Shown here: positions 60,401 to 64,000 of the stretch, piece by piece
How positions within the stretch are numbered: the first letter of the stretch is position 1
Layout: every line of letters starts with the position of its first letter
Source: the human T2T-CHM13v2.0 reference genome, Homo sapiens
Assembly (NCBI RefSeq): GCF_009914755.1
Contig: NC_060945.1
DNA: 64,000 bases
Direction: 5' to 3' (one strand)
The notes under the pieces: generated by a model
Told to the model about the DNA's origin: nothing
Database searches by the model: none
Seen by the model: only the letters and a program-made list of their open reading frames with translations
Position numbers and translations under genes: made by a program

Positions 60401-61504
60401 AGTTTAAAAAAAAATACTATCAGTAAGAATAATATATTTCCTTGGTTTGGAAATTTCCAAACCACGATATTCTGCCCTGTCAAAATATATTCACTGGGGA
60501 ATTTTTTACTTCATACGTTTCTTTTGAACTTAGTCACATTTTTATATCTAGCTGGTTTCATTATTAAATAAAAGAAAAGGTGATTCCCCTCTTGTACTGC
60601 AGGAGACCACATACTTGAATGATACTCTAACTTCTAGGTTCTGTTATAGTAACACTGAAATCAGAAACCTGTGGGAGAAATGTCACTTTATCTGAGAGAG
60701 TAAAATCAGACTCTAAAAGGAAGTAGCAAATTCATCTTGTTCTTTTTTTTAATCAACCCTCTGCCTAAGACAAGTAGTTTGAAACACAGAGGACTCTTTA
60801 AGTCATACTTCCTTTATGTAGTCAAAACCAAAGCCACTGGGTAGTGCTTTCCCCAAAGGAATCTCTAAATAGTAGACGGGGACATTTTCAGATAGATTCG
60901 TTTGTAGGCAAACCTCCATTGCTTGTATCACATTTCCTGAAAGAATAAAGGTAAAACTTCAACTATGTATTACAGAAAGAAAAATTCAGCCTGAACCCTA
61001 CCCTTATAAAACAGGTTAATTGGGTTTTAATTTTCATAAATCATAAAGGACTATTTTGAACATTTGGGCCTTTAATTGTCTAGCTCCTAGATGAAGTACA
61101 AATCAGAAAAAAAAAAACTGTACTGTGTCAGAATGCAAGCTTTCCTCTTTGCATTTTGGCATTTGAAAACTCCGAAGAGCGGTTTTTGTTTTTTATTTAA
61201 AGAAGATGATACATATGTGTACCCGATTCAAAACTAGAGAATAGAATTTAAAACATAATTTTCAAAGTCTTCAAATATGCCTAAAGGTAACAATGTCATC
61301 TTTTAATTGCCAATTTCTCTACCACTTTCAAAAAATTACTTCCAAGGATTTAATGAGCTCCTTCCTTTCAACAGAAAATGGACTATTTTCCTTTCAGATT
61401 TACTATATGCTGTCACTCCAGCTTTATAACCGCATGTGCATACACAAACATTTCTTTCTCTCTTGCAGGTGGCACAAACCAGGAAGGGGAAATCTGTGGT
61501 TTAA
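57482..61504 (+). CDS. Spliced small ORF, miPEP155/P155, 17 aa [17 protein letters not shown]; join(57482..57499,61469..61504)
   Basis: ATG GAG ATG GCT CTA ATG | GTG GCA CAA ACC AGG AAG GGG AAA TCT GTG GTT TAA; first ATG of the spliced RNA; phase-0 intron; matches the peptide reported from MIR155HG. Confidence 0.85.
58584..58880 (-). mobile_element. AluS (Sg/Sc-like) in intron 2
   Basis: Reverse Alu; TSD GATATTCT(G/T)AAATCTT. Confidence 0.93.
59687..59719. repeat. (AT)n-(T)n compound microsatellite in intron 2
   Basis: Seen directly. Confidence 0.9.
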
Positions 61505-61558
61505 ATTCTTTATGCCTCATCCTCTGAGTGCTGAAGGCTTGCTGTAGGCTGTATGCTG

Positions 61559-61582
61559 TTAATGCTAATCGTGATAGGGGTT
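61559..61582 (+). ncRNA. MIR155: mature miR-155-5p (UUAAUGCUAAUCGUGAUAGGGGUU)
   Basis: Exact match to the known mature sequence; seed UAAUGCU. Confidence 0.98.
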
Positions 61583-61597
61583 TTTGCCTCCAACTGA

Positions 61598-61619
61598 CTC
61601 CTACATATTAGCATTAACA
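61598..61619 (+). ncRNA. MIR155: miR-155-3p (CUCCUACAUAUUAGCAUUAACA)
   Basis: Exact match to the known passenger strand. Confidence 0.95.
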
Positions 61620-62294
61620 GTGTATGATGCCTGTTACTAGCATTCACATGGAACAAATTGCTGCCGTGGGAGGATGACAAAGAAGCATGAGTCACCCTGC
61701 TGGATAAACTTAGACTTCAGGCTTTATCATTTTTCAATCTGTTAATCATAATCTGGTCACTGGGATGTTCAACCTTAAACTAAGTTTTGAAAGTAAGGTT
61801 ATTTAAAAGATTTATCAGTAGTATCCTAAATGCAAACATTTTCATTTAAATGTCAAGCCCATGTTTGTTTTTATCATTAACAGAAAATATATTCATGTCA
61901 TTCTTAATTGCAGGTTTTGGCTTGTTCATTATAATGTTCATAAACACCTTTGATTCAACTGTTAGAAATGTGGGCTAAACACAAATTTCTATAATATTTT
62001 TGTAGTTAAAAATTAGAAGGACTACTAACCTCCAGTTATATCATGGATTGTCTGGCAACGTTTTTTAAAAGATTTAGAAACTGGTACTTTCCCCCAGGTA
62101 ACGATTTTCTGTTCAGGCAACTTCAGTTTAAAATTAATACTTTTATTTGACTCTTAAAGGGAAACTGAAAGGCTATGAAGCTGAATTTTTTTAATGAAAT
62201 ATTTTTAACAGTTAGCAGGGTAAATAACATCTGACAGCTAATGAGATATTTTTTCCATACAAGATAAAAAGATTTAATCAAAAAATTTCATATT

Positions 62295-62495
62295 TGAAAT
62301 GAAGTCCCAAATCTAGGTTCAAGTTCAATAGCTTAGCCACATAATACGGTTGTGCGAGCAGAGAATCTACCTTTCCACTTCTAAGCCTGTTTCTTCCTCC
62401 ATAAAATGGGGATAATACTTTACAAGGTTGTTGTGAGGCTTAGATGAGATAGAGAATTATTCCATAAGATAATCAAGTGCTACATTAATGTTATA
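62295..62495 (+). mobile_element. MIR remnant inside exon 3
   Basis: ttcctccataaaatggggataatac..aggttgttgtgaggcttagatgagata. Confidence 0.7.
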
Positions 62496-62711
62496 GTTAG
62501 ATTAATCCAAGAACTAGTCACCCTACTTTATTAGAGAAGAGAAAAGCTAATGATTTGATTTGCAGAATATTTAAGGTTTGGATTTCTATGCAGTTTTTCT
62601 AAATAACCATCACTTACAAATATGTAACCAAACGTAATTGTTAGTATATTTAATGTAAACTTGTTTTAACAACTCTTCTCAACATTTTGTCCAGGTTATT
62701 CACTGTAACCA

Positions 62712-62717
62712 AATAAA
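62712..62717 (+). terminator. Polyadenylation signal AATAAA of MIR155HG
   Basis: Canonical hexamer with upstream TGTA (62704) and downstream U-rich tract. Confidence 0.8.
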
Positions 62718-62906
62718 TCTCATGAGTCTTTAGTTGATTTAAAATAATTTTTATGGCCCATTTTCTTTTGCAAAGTACAAATTATAATTCCAGAAGCTAT
62801 CTGCCAAAAAAAGACAATGGAAGAAAATTATGAGGACACTAAAGGGAACATTCCTGACTCCTAGGACACAGTATTCTCATGTAAGAATACCCATTTGGCT
62901 TTGCCC

Positions 62907-63002
62907 CACTTTCTGTTCAAGTTGTATGTGCTGCCAAGACAAATTTCTTCTCCTCACTTTCTGTTCAAGTTGTATGTGCTGCCAACACAAATTTCTTCTC
63001 CT
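62907..63002. repeat. 48-bp tandem duplication, 2 copies, 1 mismatch
   Basis: CACTTTCTGTTCAAGTTGTATGTGCTGCCAA(G/C)ACAAATTTCTTCTCCT x2. Confidence 0.95.
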
Positions 63003-63003
63003 A

Positions 63004-63368
<365 letters not shown>

Positions 63369-64000
63369 GTGTCTGTTCAATTCATTTTATCTGCCACTGT
63401 ATATCTACAAGAGGACTCCTTGCTTTGAGTCCCAGTTCTTCAAAATCCTGCTTGCTGCCTAAAGACACAAAGTCATAGAACATTAGGACTGGAATAAACT
63501 ATTGTAGTATAACCTTCCTGCTGTTACAATAAAAAGCTATAAACATTACAAAGGCACTTAAAGAAAAGCTGTGCTAGGAAATGCCTTATTTGAAGAGCAT
63601 TTGGGTACACTCACATGAAGCTTTGGAAAGTTACTTAATCTTCCTCTAAGCCTCAATTTCTTCATCAATAAAATGATGAATATATTTCATATTTCATAAG
63701 ATGTAGGCTTAAATGAAATCATGCATGTGAAAAGCACAATGTCTATTATGCATTAAGTGTTAAACACAAACTTTCAAACTTTTACATTTCAGTCATTTAA
63801 ATCAAATGATCTACCATAGCAGATCTCCCCAAAGACACTCTAGCTCCAAACTAACTATAATCAATCCCGTGGTGACGACCCAAAGAACCAGGGTTCCTGG
63901 GTTTTCTCTCACGCCCAGCCCACCTAGGCTTCTGACTGCCTATCTCCTCATCTTAGAGGGATTCCTCCTGACCAGTCATTACAAAAATTCTTGGAGCATG

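Larger units (their letters stand above)
61556..61620 (+). ncRNA. MIR155: pre-miR-155 hairpin
   Basis: CTGTTAATGCTAATCGTGATAGGGGTTTTTGCCTCCAACTGACTCCTACATATTAGCATTAACAG; the arms CTGTTAATGCTAAT and ATTAGCATTAACAG are exact complements. Confidence 0.99.
49707..62744 (+). ncRNA. MIR155HG: MIR155 host gene (BIC), 3-exon Pol II transcript; both ends approximate
   Basis: TATA plus CpG island at 49.7 kb; GT-AG junctions at 49833/57415 and 57499/61469; exact miR-155 hairpin in the last exon; AATAAA at 62712-62717; ~13 kb span matches the known BIC structure. Confidence 0.96.
61469..62744 (+). ncRNA. MIR155HG: MIR155HG exon 3 (terminal; contains miR-155)
   Basis: Acceptor tttctttctctcttgcAG|GTGGCA; AATAAA at 62712; 3' end approximate. 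Confidence 0.9.

Noticed and set aside
61610-61617. miR-155 8mer target site AGCATTAA in its own transcript
   Set aside because: It is just the 3p arm complementary to the 5p seed, not evidence of autoregulation
61293-61695. 84-aa (+) and 61-aa (-) track ORFs overlapping the exon 3 start and the hairpin
   Set aside because: The + ORF starts in intron 2 in a different frame from miPEP155 and resembles nothing; the - ORF is antisense with no promoter or splice support

Overview
Human (primate) genomic DNA, recognisable as the MIR155HG/BIC locus (chr21q21.3 from memory), transcribed on the + strand. Bases 1 to ~48,400 are intergenic and almost entirely old transposon debris: a 7.4 kb decayed L1, nested L2/L1PA/LTR13A, many MaLR, MLT2 and ERV1 LTRs including two LTR-int-LTR elements, Alus, MADE1, MER58A and a 42-nt tailless 5S rRNA retrocopy. 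The gene begins at a CpG-island promoter with AP-1 and TATA elements at ~49.7 kb. It has three exons (~49,707-49,833; 57,415-57,499; 61,469-~62,744). Exon 3 carries pre-miR-155 (61,556-61,620). Splicing exon 2 to exon 3 creates a 17-codon [20 protein letters not shown] (the reported miPEP155/P155 micropeptide), which the ORF track cannot show. There is no conventional protein-coding gene; the track ORFs are repeat-derived or chance. I did not find a wholly new biological system: the miRNA-plus-micropeptide unit is already known. The best undescribed-looking items are a possible in-frame extended micropeptide isoform, a five-copy inverted-repeat knot in intron 1, the tailless 5S insertion, a locally templated L1 patch and intronic IRF/NF-kB/STAT motif clusters. 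Repeat subfamily names and boundaries are by-eye estimates.
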